DNA of 64,000 nt from Mayamaea pseudoterrestris. Its lineage: Eukaryota. Positions 1 through 11,077 of this stretch are shown piece after piece. The notes under the pieces are model-generated. The model was not told the DNA's origin. It was given only the letters and a program-made list of their open reading frames with translations, and searched no databases. Where the stretch lies: NCBI GenBank assembly GCA_027923505.1, contig BROI01000014.1, positions 806,001 to 870,000 on the forward strand, written 5' to 3'. Numbering within the stretch: position 1 is the stretch's first letter; every line of letters begins with the position of its first letter. The translations under genes and the position numbers were made by a program.

Positions 1-1
1 C

Positions 2-406
2 GCCGAAGCCGGTTATGGCAGTCAAGGCGGTGCTCCAGGTGGCGGTGGCGGATATTATCAGCAGCAGCAGGGTGGATACAGCCAGCCGTATGGGGCCCAG
101 CAAGCTTACGCTGCCCAGGGATATGGCCAGCAGATGTCTGCCCAGCCACGTTATGGGCAGCAGCAAGCAGGATACGGACAACAAGCTGGTTACGGACAAC
201 CTCAAGCGCCTGGGTACGGACAACCCCAGCCACAAGGCCAGCCGCAGTTTTATAGCGGCGCTCCGCCGCCCTATCAGGCACCGCCAGCACCTGTTGCTCC
301 GGTACCATCGGCTTGGAAGGCGGCAGCGAGCGCGGATGGCCAAGTATACTACTACAATGAGCAGACAGGGGCGACTCAGTGGGAGAAGCCTCCTGGTTTC
401 GCGTAA
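2..406 (+). CDS. 3' end of a Gly/Gln/Tyr-rich low-complexity protein with a C-terminal WW domain (5'-truncated by the window)
   Basis: The frame is open from base 2 ([23 protein letters not shown]...) to TAA at 404-406. It ends in the WW motif [26 protein letters not shown]. Confidence 0.8.
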   Translation, partial: AEAGYGSQGGAPGGGGGYYQQQQGGYSQPYGAQQAYAAQGYGQQMSAQPRYGQQQAGYGQQAGYGQPQAPGYGQPQPQGQPQFYSGAPPPYQAPPAPVAPVPSAWKAAASADGQVYYYNEQTGATQWEKPPGFA

Positions 407-767
407 GAAACGTGCATTGTGATTTGCCGAGAAGGAGAGTTTGTCTTGTCACGTTGATTCTTGTTCGAGCCGATGCTTTGGTTGTTGTTGTCGTTGTTAA
501 TTGTGTACATGTTGAAGCGTTTTTGAGTGGCTGCACGAGTGGTTGGACTAGTGTCGCATTTGTTACAATCGCGGTTGCTGTTCACTTGAACCTGAAAATA
601 TGTTTTATTATTCGATGTGGCGGCATGGTCAATCAAGCGTTAATGTCTGACTTTACTTTTAATTATTTGCTAACGAAATTTTATTGTTGTGTGGATATTG
701 TATTTTTCGTTAAGCGATATTTTACGAATTTATTCATGCATACTTAAGTCACTAACTTCAGACTTTT

Positions 768-3700
768 TCATCGCTTGCGCATCTTTGGCATTTTCTTGGA
801 CTTTGCATCCTCTACATCGGATTCTTGGTAGTAATGTGGAGCAATGTCAGTCAACCAAGATGGCTGGATTGGGGAGACCTGACGCATAAACTCTTTAGTC
901 GTAAAGGCGAGCTCAAAAAAGACGACCCACGCAGGAGGCTCCTCGTCTTTAGCGAGAACAGAGCTGGGATGAATGTAAACAGTCTTGCGCTGCTTCACAG
1001 TCTGATACTCTCCGCTTCTCCCCAGCTTTGCAACGTTGTAAAAGAAGCCAGACGTCATGGCTTTTAATATGGCATCAATGTCGTCTGGGGCAGACATAGT
1101 TTGATCCAGCTCTACGCGCTCACACAACCCTTCCAGCTGGTCTCGAATATCTCTTGCTTTCTTCATGCTTTTCACTTGTGCATAATTTTCGAAACACCAG
1201 TTGGTACTATAGTCTGCCGCAGCCCAGTCTCGATAACAACGATACAAAGACAAAAAGTCGCCGCCGCCACCACGAGCAAAATTTAACCGCGCCGTGTCCG
1301 CATGAACGGCCTTTTCTTTGGGTCTGAAGAAGACAGAAGCGCCAAGCGACAGCATCGCCACTGTCGATAATATCTCGCTGACACACTTATACTTCTCAGA
1401 TGCAATTATAGCCTTGCTCATTGTTGGGTCAACAGGAAATTCTGCCATGCGACGACCCAGCTTTGTCAATTCTCCGCGATCGTTCAAAGCACCGAGCGCG
1501 TACAGCTGCTCGAGAGCACGCATAAGTGCATCGGCAGGTGGCGCATCCATGAAATCAAATGACATGAGGTCATTAATGCCAAGCGTTTTCAAAAGAAGAA
1601 CAACATTCCCCATGTTCGTACGGAGAATTTCTGGGATGGTATTTGGCTCCAATTCATTCTGAAACGACCAGGCTGTAAACAACCTGAAACACTTGCCAGG
1701 CTGTGTGCGACCAGCGCGACCTGCGCGCTGATTGGCAGCAGCTTGTGAAATAGGCGTCACGACCAGCGACTCCATACCCGACCGAGCATTGTATGTCTTT
1801 TGCTTGCTAAAGCCCGAGTCAATCACGTAGCAAATCCCATCAATTGTTAAACTCGTCTCGGCAATGTTTGTCGCTAGTACAACTTTACGCGCTCCTTTAG
1901 GAGTCTTTTCAAAAATTTTGGCCTGCTGATCAGATGGCAAATTCGCATAAATAGGACAAATGATAAGTTCAGGAATCCGAGAACCAAGAGCGCGACTCCG
2001 CTGGGTAAGGATTTCAGCTGCAGTTTCAATCTCCTCTTGGCCGGTCAAAAATACCAAAATATCGCCGTTTAAAGGCTGTGACACGTGAATTTGCAGAACT
2101 GTAACAACTGATGCGTCAACATAATCGGCTTCTGGCGCCTTCGTGTAATAGATATCAACCGGGAACATTCGACCAGGTATCATGAAAATGGAAGCATCAT
2201 CGAAATATTTTGAAAACTTCTCCGCATCGAGTGTGGCAGAACTGATGATAAGCTTGAGATCGCTGCGAAAGCGTACAATATCCTTGACCAATCCAAACAG
2301 AATATCAGTGTGCAACGTGCGCTCATGTGCTTCATCAATCACCATGCATGAATAGCTGGCCAGATCGGGTTCCGTTAAAATTTCGCGTAGCAACATACCG
2401 TCCGTCATGTATTGGATTCTCGTCTTGGGGCTCGTACAATTCTCGAAGCGAATTGAGTATCCGACTTCATGACCAAGCCTGACATTCATCTCATGCGCAA
2501 CACGTGCCGCCACACTCATGGCAGCAATTCGTCGCGGCTGAGTACAACCAATTTTTCCCAGTTCGCTATAGCCAATTTCATCAAGATATTGTGGAAGCTG
2601 CGTTGTCTTTCCCGATCCTGTCTCGCCAACGACAATTAATACAGAGTGCTCCTTTACTGCTGCAAGAAACTCCTCTCGGTATGGATACACTGGAAGCTTT
2701 TTCCTCCCTGCAAGCATCTTCTCGTGTTCCGTTGCCGGACGAAGCTCTTTAGGATCGGCAGCTTGTATTGCCTCGTCATCAATCTTTTTCTTGTGCTTGA
2801 GGTCCCGTTTGTCATATCCCTTTCTCGACTCTTGAAGGACAAAGTCGATCTGGTCGTCAAAAACTAGCTCGTAATCGTCCCCTTTTCCTTTCTTGTTGCT
2901 TTGCTTCACAGCCTTTTCTGTCTGAGATGTTTCCCAAAGCTCCTGTTCCGACTTTTCCTGCTTAGGCTCAATGTATCGCGAAGTCAGTGCTGCGTGGTCT
3001 TGCTTGTGCTTGCGCTCCGTCGCGTCATACTCGTCGGGAAGTCGATAGAAACCATCATTCTTGTCGTCTTCCGCTTCCTTTTGTTGAGCCATGGCAAGAA
3101 TCTTTCGCTTGAGTGCAAGCTGCTCCTTCTCCGCTTTCGTCAGTTCCTGGCCTTTGAAAAGTTCCTCCTCGTCCTCGAGCGACTGCTTCAATAGTTGCAA
3201 TTCCTTTTCTTCGCGTTTTTTGAGGTAGGACCTGCGACTCTCTTCCCGTAAGCTGTCAATTGTAATTGCATGCCCAGTGTGCTCGTCAACAACTGCTTCA
3301 CCCTTCAACAATCGTTCCTCCAGTTTGACGCGCTTTTGATATGCTTCTTCCTCCTCCTTGACCTTGGCACCATCCTTGGTCTTTTGCTTGTCCTTGTTTA
3401 GCATGCGCTCAACAAGCTCGTCTCGCTCACGCTTATCCTTTTCACGTTCCAACGCAGCGCGATCCTGCGGAGTCAGTTTGGATTCTTCCTCCTTGACGCG
3501 ACGACTCTCCATTCGCTCCTCCATCTTGCGTTGGTATCGATCAAGTACACCTTCTTCTTCGTCGCCGTCTTCGCTGCTTTCGTCTCTGCGGTAGCGCTTC
3601 CTCCGCAGATCCTTCTCTTTCGCTTTACTAATTGATTCATTCGCAGAAGACTCCGCCTTTTGCGGCTGCGACATACAGCTCGGTTGCTGTGGCGTTGCAT

Positions 3701-4001
3701 CGTCGACAAAGCTCGTCACAGCGGCTGGCGCTGGTGGTTTCTGTCGTTTGTCGTCACTTCTCGCGTCACTAGTCTTTTCCTCCTTGCGCGTCCGCCGCAA
3801 CAATTCCCGACAAAATGTTGCGAGTCGTTCTTGACTCTGATTGACGCCTCCCTCGCGCAACACCTGGACCAAGTCTGCCTCGGATTGCCGCTTGTTGGAT
3901 GCCAAATTGACAAGGTACGACGCCAACGTGTCGTTGGCAAAGCCCAAGAGATCGTGTAGATTGTCGTTGCACCAACGAATGGCGTCTTGGTTTTGTGACA
4001 T
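768..4001 (-). CDS. DHX16: Pre-mRNA splicing DEAH-box helicase DHX16/Prp2
   Basis: 1077-aa ORF with [27 protein letters not shown] and QRAGRAGR motifs. The N-terminus ([11 protein letters not shown]) and the charged linker are typical of DHX16. Confidence 0.92.
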   Translation of the reverse strand: MSQNQDAIRWCNDNLHDLLGFANDTLASYLVNLASNKRQSEADLVQVLREGGVNQSQERLATFCRELLRRTRKEEKTSDARSDDKRQKPPAPAAVTSFVDDATPQQPSCMSQPQKAESSANESISKAKEKDLRRKRYRRDESSEDGDEEEGVLDRYQRKMEERMESRRVKEEESKLTPQDRAALEREKDKRERDELVERMLNKDKQKTKDGAKVKEEEEAYQKRVKLEERLLKGEAVVDEHTGHAITIDSLREESRRSYLKKREEKELQLLKQSLEDEEELFKGQELTKAEKEQLALKRKILAMAQQKEAEDDKNDGFYRLPDEYDATERKHKQDHAALTSRYIEPKQEKSEQELWETSQTEKAVKQSNKKGKGDDYELVFDDQIDFVLQESRKGYDKRDLKHKKKIDDEAIQAADPKELRPATEHEKMLAGRKKLPVYPYREEFLAAVKEHSVLIVVGETGSGKTTQLPQYLDEIGYSELGKIGCTQPRRIAAMSVAARVAHEMNVRLGHEVGYSIRFENCTSPKTRIQYMTDGMLLREILTEPDLASYSCMVIDEAHERTLHTDILFGLVKDIVRFRSDLKLIISSATLDAEKFSKYFDDASIFMIPGRMFPVDIYYTKAPEADYVDASVVTVLQIHVSQPLNGDILVFLTGQEEIETAAEILTQRSRALGSRIPELIICPIYANLPSDQQAKIFEKTPKGARKVVLATNIAETSLTIDGICYVIDSGFSKQKTYNARSGMESLVVTPISQAAANQRAGRAGRTQPGKCFRLFTAWSFQNELEPNTIPEILRTNMGNVVLLLKTLGINDLMSFDFMDAPPADALMRALEQLYALGALNDRGELTKLGRRMAEFPVDPTMSKAIIASEKYKCVSEILSTVAMLSLGASVFFRPKEKAVHADTARLNFARGGGGDFLSLYRCYRDWAAADYSTNWCFENYAQVKSMKKARDIRDQLEGLCERVELDQTMSAPDDIDAILKAMTSGFFYNVAKLGRSGEYQTVKQRKTVYIHPSSVLAKDEEPPAWVVFFELAFTTKEFMRQVSPIQPSWLTDIAPHYYQESDVEDAKSKKMPKMRKR

Positions 4002-4239
4002 GGTTCAATGAGAAAAACAGCAGTCGCTGGCAAACCGAGAATGGGGTGGAGATTTGTGGCACACGGAAACGCAGAAAGGCATCATGGCAAAAAAATAATG
4101 AAGGTCGCCGCGTTTCAGAGTCGCACCGGTAATGCCGCTAACCCGCGCCGCGCCGTTCATTTTTCTCGTCACATTTTCTTTTGTTTGGCTTGCCCATTGT
4201 TGGACCTACTCCTGGCAGCTCCAATCAGCTGAAAGAGTC

Positions 4240-5814
4240 ATGACAGACCAGGACTTCAATAACAGCCAGCAGCAGTCGCTTGAAGCAGAATATAGTCCTC
4301 TTGACGCCCTTCCACCCAACCACGTTCGCGAAGGCGACCACGTTGTACTCGTCTTTGCCGATGGCCGACACATTTTCGCCCAGGCCCTTCATCGAGCCAA
4401 GGGCAAGACGCCGCCTGTCAAGATATTCAAGCGCTCCTATTCGACTCATGAATTGATTGGATTGTCATATGGGACCGTCTTGGAGTTGACTTTAAATGGA
4501 CTGCAAGCATTGCCGGATGATCAAGATTTAATTCCTGATTACTTGGAGCCATCTAAGAATGGCGAAGACAATGACGAAGAGACAGAAGGAGAAGCGAATC
4601 AAGACTCAAACGAGGAAGATACTTCAACTCTGAAACGCGACAATCGCCACTTGCTCGACACGAATACCTCGCAAGCTCTTGGCTATCAAGAGCTGCAAAC
4701 GATGCGCGAACAAGGCACGGAAGGCTCCGTCATTGTCTCCAAGATCATTGCAAACTCGTCAACCTTTGATCAAAAGACAGACTACTCGCGGCACAAGTAT
4801 ATTGTGCGAAAGCAGATCAAGTATCAGCCGCGGTGTCGCCTCGTCAAGTGCACGTCGGCTTCCATATGCACGACGCTACACTTGCGCGACCCCAAGCGAG
4901 TCATGAACATGCGCGAGGATACGCTGGCGCAAATATTGGGATATGCAAACATAAGTGCCGGCTGTCAGGTGCTTGTGCTTGAGAACTGCAGTGGAATACT
5001 GACGGGAGCACTGGCCCAGCGTATGGCTGGGTATGGCAAGATTTTGACAGTCTACAGTGGACAGCAGCCTGCCTGGAATGAAATGCTTGGCAAGTACAAT
5101 CTATCGTTTGCTGAAACTAATTCCATCAAGTGGGTGCACTCCGGAGATGTTTTGGGGAGTGGAGAGTCGGAGGAAGCACTTGCGGCATCGGAAGCTGAAC
5201 GAATCGACCGAGACAAGTTGGAATGGCCGTGTCTTTTGCAGGACCACACTCGAGTTTACATGAAGACGATGAAAACGGAAAAGGAGAAGCGCAATTTCTT
5301 GTACAAGCGAGCTGGTCGGTTTGCGAGGAAGCTGACGAGACACACTCCGACAGAAGGGGCGGAGTGGTTGAATGCCCAGCAGAGTGACTCGCTTGTCATT
5401 GCAGCAAAGTATGATCCGACTGAAACTCTCTTGAGCATGTTCAAGTACCTGGCGCCGTCATGTCCATTTGTTGTCTACAGTGAATTCATTGAGCCGCTAA
5501 CAGAGTGCTTTAGAGCGGTGCAGCAAAAGGCTTTAGCTATCAATCTACGGCTGAGTAATACCTGGGCTCGCGAATATCAAATTCTACCTGGCAGAACTCA
5601 TCCAAACATGAATATGAGCCAATCTGGAGGCTTTATATTGACAGGTGTGAAACTTGACCCCACGCATGGCAGTAATGAGCTCGATGAGGAGGTATTAAAA
5701 GAAATTCGGGCTGAGATTGGTGGAAGGCGGGGCAAAAAGACCAGCAAAGCTAATGAATCAACTAATAGCAACGGCGAGAGCCAGGCTCGGGCCGCAAAGC
5801 GTGCAAAAAATTAA
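4240..5814 (+). CDS. TRM6: tRNA m1A58 methyltransferase non-catalytic subunit (Gcd10/Trm6)
   Basis: Motifs RDNRHLLD..SQAL, NSSTFDQKTDYSRHKY, REDTLAQILGYANI and REYQILPGRTHPNMNMS.SGGFIL. The start at 4240 (MTDQDF) is preferred; the ORF is open from 4132. Confidence 0.9.
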   Translation: MTDQDFNNSQQQSLEAEYSPLDALPPNHVREGDHVVLVFADGRHIFAQALHRAKGKTPPVKIFKRSYSTHELIGLSYGTVLELTLNGLQALPDDQDLIPDYLEPSKNGEDNDEETEGEANQDSNEEDTSTLKRDNRHLLDTNTSQALGYQELQTMREQGTEGSVIVSKIIANSSTFDQKTDYSRHKYIVRKQIKYQPRCRLVKCTSASICTTLHLRDPKRVMNMREDTLAQILGYANISAGCQVLVLENCSGILTGALAQRMAGYGKILTVYSGQQPAWNEMLGKYNLSFAETNSIKWVHSGDVLGSGESEEALAASEAERIDRDKLEWPCLLQDHTRVYMKTMKTEKEKRNFLYKRAGRFARKLTRHTPTEGAEWLNAQQSDSLVIAAKYDPTETLLSMFKYLAPSCPFVVYSEFIEPLTECFRAVQQKALAINLRLSNTWAREYQILPGRTHPNMNMSQSGGFILTGVKLDPTHGSNELDEEVLKEIRAEIGGRRGKKTSKANESTNSNGESQARAAKRAKN

Positions 5815-5818
5815 ATAG

Positions 5819-7744
5819 TTAAACAGTTTTAGGATGGTCAAAAAACTGCTCCCGTAGCTGTGCAGCAACCTTTTCAACATCGGCTACAGTCACGTAGCAC
5901 TTTGCGTCGAAGATGACGTACAACTCCTTCGTGCCATCAGTGTACGCGTACATCCATTCTTTTGCAAGCGAGGTCAGCAATTCACGAGGACTAGCAGCGG
6001 AACAGCTCATCTCACCCATGGCATCCTCGAATGCTGATGCGGCATCCGATGAGAGGGCTGATGCTAATTCGTATCTGACATCCATACTATCACTTTGCTG
6101 ATGATTTCCCCACACGGGCTCTTGCATCGTCATTTCATTGTTTTGCCGTTTATAGAAGTTAAAGAACCGAAAAGGCCCATTCTGGACTCTCTCTTGTTCA
6201 ATTGGCTGAGGCGTGTCGGTGTGTAGGAACACCGTGGATGAATGTTGCAATCGATCCACCATAATTATAATGCATCCCTCCTCTTGTAGCTGCGACTTGT
6301 TGTTTACACTTTCTTCGTGATTCATACGTGTTACCAAACCCGCGTTACCAAAGCACTGATCAAAGTTGCACAATGCACGCTTGTACAATGCAGTTGATGA
6401 GTCGGATGAAGGATGATGCTGCTGCAGAAAAAGAAGGAAGCTTATCTGATAAGCGTTGTACAGACATATTCGAGTCTCGTGTACAGCTCCACGACAATTC
6501 AGTGTCACGTGCGGAGCCCATACTTCTTTTTGATTCATGGGGCCTTGAAAGCTGGTAACGTCGTCATATGCAGAAAGCAACGCCAGAGGTGGTGGTGAAA
6601 GAAAGCCTTCTATTGCATCAAGATCCGACGGAAAGATGTCAACACAAGCCTTATCTAAAGCAGTAGTTCCCAGCGATAGCGAAAGGGAGCGAATACGTGC
6701 ATTGTTGGGGTCCTCAAGCTGTCGTTTCTGTTCCGCCTGGATCTTAAGTCGAAATGAGTGCATATAATCCATGAGAAGGATAACGCTTTCCTTTGCCACC
6801 TCATAGCCCAAGTTAGGTATGCTTTCGGTAGCCGCAACGTGACCATTCACGTTGGCCGACACTGCAATTATTCGGCCATCCTCTGACACTAGGTTACTCT
6901 CGTCGGTAAGAAATTGCCGAATGCGGATTGCCAAGTCATTATGAATACAACCAGGCTGACCTGACACTATACCCAATGTCGGCCCAAGCAGCTTATCCAC
7001 TATGCTTCGACTAAAACCATAGTGCGCAAGATTGGAGTTTTCGGACAAGAATGCGTCGTGAAACACTCGCAGTTCCTCGCGAAGGGAGGAAATCGGCAAA
7101 CTGCTGCGTAAAAGTTCCGTCTCACGTTCAATTTCGCTTGTCGCCAAGTGAAATTCATATTCTGCTATGTCCATTCGTCGAAACTGCTCCTTTAGCTTAC
7201 GCTGCCGCTTCATGAGGTCGTATAAGGTGGACATACCAGGATAAGGACCCGTGATTGATATTTCTTCTTCCGCGAGCGACGCACCTTCATACGGTCGCCG
7301 CAGTCGATAATCAATACCTCCACCTCTTAGCAGCGAAAAGAGCTCATGCCGCCGTTTTAGCAAGCCAGCAACAGCAGACGAAGCGCAAGTTATCCCGTTG
7401 GTCTGAATGACGGCGACGATTGATGGTTCTTCGAGGATGGAAAAAGACAAAGATGCGCCGCCGTCAAAAGTGACCTCTCTCATATAATCTTCAGTCCAGC
7501 TTGCATCCAAGGCACCCGACAACGAAAAGAGTGCGGTGCAGAGCGATGCAAACTCGATTAATTCTTGCGTGTAGCTTGGATCAGAGGAAGTATAGCCTGC
7601 ATCGTCCATTCCGTGTTCAGTGTTCCGATAGTATAGAACATGCTCAGTCAGTTCGTCATCTGAGGCTTCGTCCGACAAGAATGCATTACCAGTGGATAGC
7701 TCAAATAACTTTAAATGGATTATAAGAAGTCGTTGTATCGTCAT
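5819..7744 (-). CDS. CCZ1/HPS4-like tri-longin protein (putative Rab GEF subunit)
   Basis: N-terminal LLIIH...EHVLYY...FASLCTALFSLS resembles the first CCZ1 longin domain. C-terminal WMYAYTDGTKELYVIFDAK..VADVEK resembles the CCZ1 third-longin W....RELYV motif. Confidence 0.55.
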   Translation of the reverse strand: MTIQRLLIIHLKLFELSTGNAFLSDEASDDELTEHVLYYRNTEHGMDDAGYTSSDPSYTQELIEFASLCTALFSLSGALDASWTEDYMREVTFDGGASLSFSILEEPSIVAVIQTNGITCASSAVAGLLKRRHELFSLLRGGGIDYRLRRPYEGASLAEEEISITGPYPGMSTLYDLMKRQRKLKEQFRRMDIAEYEFHLATSEIERETELLRSSLPISSLREELRVFHDAFLSENSNLAHYGFSRSIVDKLLGPTLGIVSGQPGCIHNDLAIRIRQFLTDESNLVSEDGRIIAVSANVNGHVAATESIPNLGYEVAKESVILLMDYMHSFRLKIQAEQKRQLEDPNNARIRSLSLSLGTTALDKACVDIFPSDLDAIEGFLSPPPLALLSAYDDVTSFQGPMNQKEVWAPHVTLNCRGAVHETRICLYNAYQISFLLFLQQHHPSSDSSTALYKRALCNFDQCFGNAGLVTRMNHEESVNNKSQLQEEGCIIIMVDRLQHSSTVFLHTDTPQPIEQERVQNGPFRFFNFYKRQNNEMTMQEPVWGNHQQSDSMDVRYELASALSSDAASAFEDAMGEMSCSAASPRELLTSLAKEWMYAYTDGTKELYVIFDAKCYVTVADVEKVAAQLREQFFDHPKTV

Positions 7745-8484
7745 TGCAGATGTTAGACATTGTCAACCCCCTTGACGCATGGCGGCAATGCTCGTCATGG
7801 TCGAATCTGGACGAAGGAGGGAGAGGTACGACTGTCTTACCGGGACCGAAAGAACAATTACGTTAGCTCACCATCTCATCCCAATGCCATGGCAAGTCAA
7901 TTTAAACTCCATAGCTACCGTCTCTTGTCGACTGAAGTAGACTGTATAGTGGAGTACGGACAATGCTGCTGCCTGTAAGAAGAGTAACGGTTGATCATTG
8001 CAGGACTAAGGGCAGAATTCGTCACAGTCGCCGCGGGAGATCGCTTCCCGCCACTTGCCGCCAAGTCTTGGAGAGAAACTGATATGTAAAGTCTTCTATC
8101 CCGCACGAGTGCATTAGAGAAAGTCAGTTCCGCATTCATGCTAATGGTGAGGAAACAGGTCGTGGACGAGCTCCTTAGCAAGCTTGTCGGCGACCGTGGG
8201 CTTATGTTTCAAGCTTGCATGTGCCTTGACTGGTTGTGTTGATCGTGGACGACTCCGCCGGCACATCAGTCATCACGATAGGCCCAACGACTGTTCCATG
8301 ACTAGGCCGCATCAAGTTACTTAAGCAGTTTGAGTTGAATTCTTATCAGGCGGTTGACGAAATCAGTAACGGTAAACTTAACGGAGGTCGTGGCCAGAAA
8401 ATTCGCCACGAAGACTCGCTCACAATTTCAACTGGTCAACTTCTTTGCAATTGTACAAGCAACCAATCCAACCAGTATCCCGCC

Positions 8485-8907
8485 ATGCAATGCTCACATA
8501 TGGACACTCTACCAAGACGCTATCAACTACTTGCATGCGACGAGCAAGAAGCCAACATGACAATCCCATGCTGCAACGAACAAGAAGTCGATGAGGCTCC
8601 GTTTGCCCTGTCCGAGTCCAATGACAATCTCGATGCGGTCCTGCAGAAGCTGCTCGAAGACTTTGACCCAAACTACGAGCTATTTTCCAATAGTCAAGAT
8701 TTGAACCAAAGCTCTGTAAACCTTACTTCACAAGGTCATAAGCGACGAGTCAGTTTCGACCACGCCGAGGCGCCATTGGCCAAGAAAATGTCGCCCGTCA
8801 GCGACGAAGAGCAAAGACGTGCTCGGAATGAGTTATGGAAACAATCCTTGAAGCGCTCAATGTTTCACAAGCACGCTCCAATTGGAAATGATGTGGCTGA
8901 TTTATAA
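8485..8907 (+). CDS. Hypothetical protein (~140 aa)
   Basis: Open frame 8335-8907 with first ATG at 8485, followed by an AT-rich 3' region. No recognisable domain. Confidence 0.5.
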   Translation: MQCSHMDTLPRRYQLLACDEQEANMTIPCCNEQEVDEAPFALSESNDNLDAVLQKLLEDFDPNYELFSNSQDLNQSSVNLTSQGHKRRVSFDHAEAPLAKKMSPVSDEEQRRARNELWKQSLKRSMFHKHAPIGNDVADL

Positions 8908-9083
8908 ATTACAAAGCATTGCATAAGTCTAATCTTCAACTCATATATCTTAGTATTAAAGGCATCTGTCGCTCGTAGCTGCCTCATCGCAGTGACGATA
9001 GTGTTACGCTTGGCCTGCTAAAATACAAGCTACAAATCGTTAGCATCTCCGCCCGACAAAGCTGTGATATTGCTGTAAAATAA

Positions 9084-9536
9084 TCAATGCGAGGCTTCAA
9101 TCTTGGCAAGCTCCTTCCTAAACTTTCGCAAACCCGGGCACTCGAGATACGTTTGCAGTTTAAACTTTGCTGGACCTTGGCTGAAAGGCTCTGCATCTTG
9201 ACGATGCGACTTTCTTTTCTTGTTATTAGATTCATCTCTCTCGTAGTTCAACTTGACAATCGATGCACGAGACGCTTGCGTTGATCCCTTTTGTCGAATT
9301 ACATGCTTGGCTTGATATCCTTGTCCAACGACTGTATTTCGAAACTGATTCAAGTCTACAGCCACCACTGAGTCTTTTTGGTCGCCTGCATCATCCTGTC
9401 TGGCGGCAGCCGCATGCTCTAGTTCCAAATGTTCACCCTGCCAGCCGCGCTGTCGTTTGTTGACATGCTTTGTATTTGTTCCGTGATGGCGATCGTAGTC
9501 CTCTTCGGCGCTGTGGTCGTCGATTGCATCGTTCAT
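9084..9536 (-). CDS. Hypothetical basic/charged protein (150 aa)
   Basis: ATG-initiated ORF with plausible composition (NTVVGQGYQAKHVIRQK; YLECPGLRKFRKEL), divergent from the proteasome gene. Confidence 0.6.
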   Translation of the reverse strand: MNDAIDDHSAEEDYDRHHGTNTKHVNKRQRGWQGEHLELEHAAAARQDDAGDQKDSVVAVDLNQFRNTVVGQGYQAKHVIRQKGSTQASRASIVKLNYERDESNNKKRKSHRQDAEPFSQGPAKFKLQTYLECPGLRKFRKELAKIEASH

Positions 9537-9852
9537 TGTAGTATGCTTCGGAATTATTGGTTAGAATGTTGTAAAGGATCAAACGGTTATTCCGGATAAC
9601 TGCTCTTGTCCGTGTAACTTACGCAATGGCGATGAGCGAAGCGCACCCATGCGAAAGAGGAGGGACGAATGGCACTCCAACGAGTACCGTTACGACTTAA
9701 TGTCACTTTTCATGTCTGCTGCACGACGATCTTTGACCATCCTTGGCCTTCATCCACAATGAGGACTGCAGCCAGCAACTACCGCATTTCCATCATCGTC
9801 CCTGCAATATTCGTCTCGATCGCTTCATCAGTATACTATCTTATCTTTAATC

Positions 9853-10728
9853 ATGTCTGAACAAACGCAAAACATTTTCAGCTCAACGGTTCCATCCGGA
9901 TTCTCCTTCGCCAACACGCATCGCAACGCAAACCTTGTCTCCGCCGCCAACGCTGCCTCAAACAAGTCATCCACTGTCCGTCTCGCCCAAGCCAAAAAGA
10001 CTGGAACAACCATTGTCGGCATGGTATTTGCCGGCGGCGTCATTCTCGGCGCCGATACGCGAGCCACGTCGGGTGAGGAAGTTGCCGAAAAGAATTGCCA
10101 AAAGATTCACTACTTGGCGCCCAACATGTACTGCGCCGGCGCTGGAACGGCGGCGGATACCGACAAGACGACGGAACTGATTTCCAGTCAATTGGCGTTG
10201 CTGCGCTTGGATACGCACTTGCCGAGTCGTGTCGTGACGGCGCTGACGCTATTGAAGCGCATGCTCTTTCGCTACCAGGGACATGTTAGCGCGGCGCTCA
10301 TTTTGGGAGGCGTGGATATACAGGGACCGCACGTTTACCATATTTATCCGCATGGAAGTACCAGCAAGCTGTCGTATGCGACCATGGGATCAGGTTCGGT
10401 GGCAGCCATGAGTGTTTTCGAGACGAGTTGGCGCGATGGATTGACGGAGGATGAAGGCATTGCCATGGTCAAGCGCGCAGTCAGCGCTGGAGTCTTTAAC
10501 GACTTGGGATCGGGTAGCAACATTGACTTGTGCATTATTCGAACGGATGGAACGGTTGACTACCGCCGTAACGAAGTCAAACCCAATGAGATTGGACCGC
10601 TCCGCGCCATGGTGCAGCGATCTGGACGAATGACACTTGCCAACGGAGTCACTCCCATTCTTCACTCGTCCTACTCTCCGCATCCCACCTTGGCAGATGT
10701 TGATGTCATGGAGGTGGAAGCGAGTTAG
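9853..10728 (+). CDS. PSMB7: 20S proteasome subunit beta-2 (Pup1/PSMB7 type)
   Basis: Propeptide followed by KTG|TTIVG with the catalytic Thr; also GADTRAT, KNCQKIHY, CAGAGTAAD, TMGSGS and NDLGSGSNID. Confidence 0.95.
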   Translation: MSEQTQNIFSSTVPSGFSFANTHRNANLVSAANAASNKSSTVRLAQAKKTGTTIVGMVFAGGVILGADTRATSGEEVAEKNCQKIHYLAPNMYCAGAGTAADTDKTTELISSQLALLRLDTHLPSRVVTALTLLKRMLFRYQGHVSAALILGGVDIQGPHVYHIYPHGSTSKLSYATMGSGSVAAMSVFETSWRDGLTEDEGIAMVKRAVSAGVFNDLGSGSNIDLCIIRTDGTVDYRRNEVKPNEIGPLRAMVQRSGRMTLANGVTPILHSSYSPHPTLADVDVMEVEAS

Positions 10729-11077
10729 ATGAAGAGTGTATTGCGTGACTTAACAGATAACAGAATGCATCTTAAACGCTTTAATCATGAGATGAGGCAA
10801 TACATCGATAATTGCACCTTAAATAACGACTGTTACAGCTTTATGACTATTCATACATAGTACAGTCATGTTTGTAACATGTATAATAATTCCATATCAC
10901 ACTCACATTCAGTCTGGCGACTTGTTTCTGCAGCAATAGCTGAAATCGGGACGGCGGGGGTCGCGGTCCGAGAAACGCGTCGACCCCCAAGAAGTGCGAG
11001 ACGGAACGAAACCGCAACGCCGTCAACAAAAAAGTCCATTCCAACTGTCAAATCGCAAGCTTGGCTATAGACGCTCT

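Noticed and set aside
7760..8330. Spacer with a GCGGGA/TCCCGC hairpin and AAAGTC / GGGCTTA words resembling RNase P/MRP conserved regions
   Set aside because: Could not build a consistent P4 or P1; compatible with an ordinary divergent promoter.
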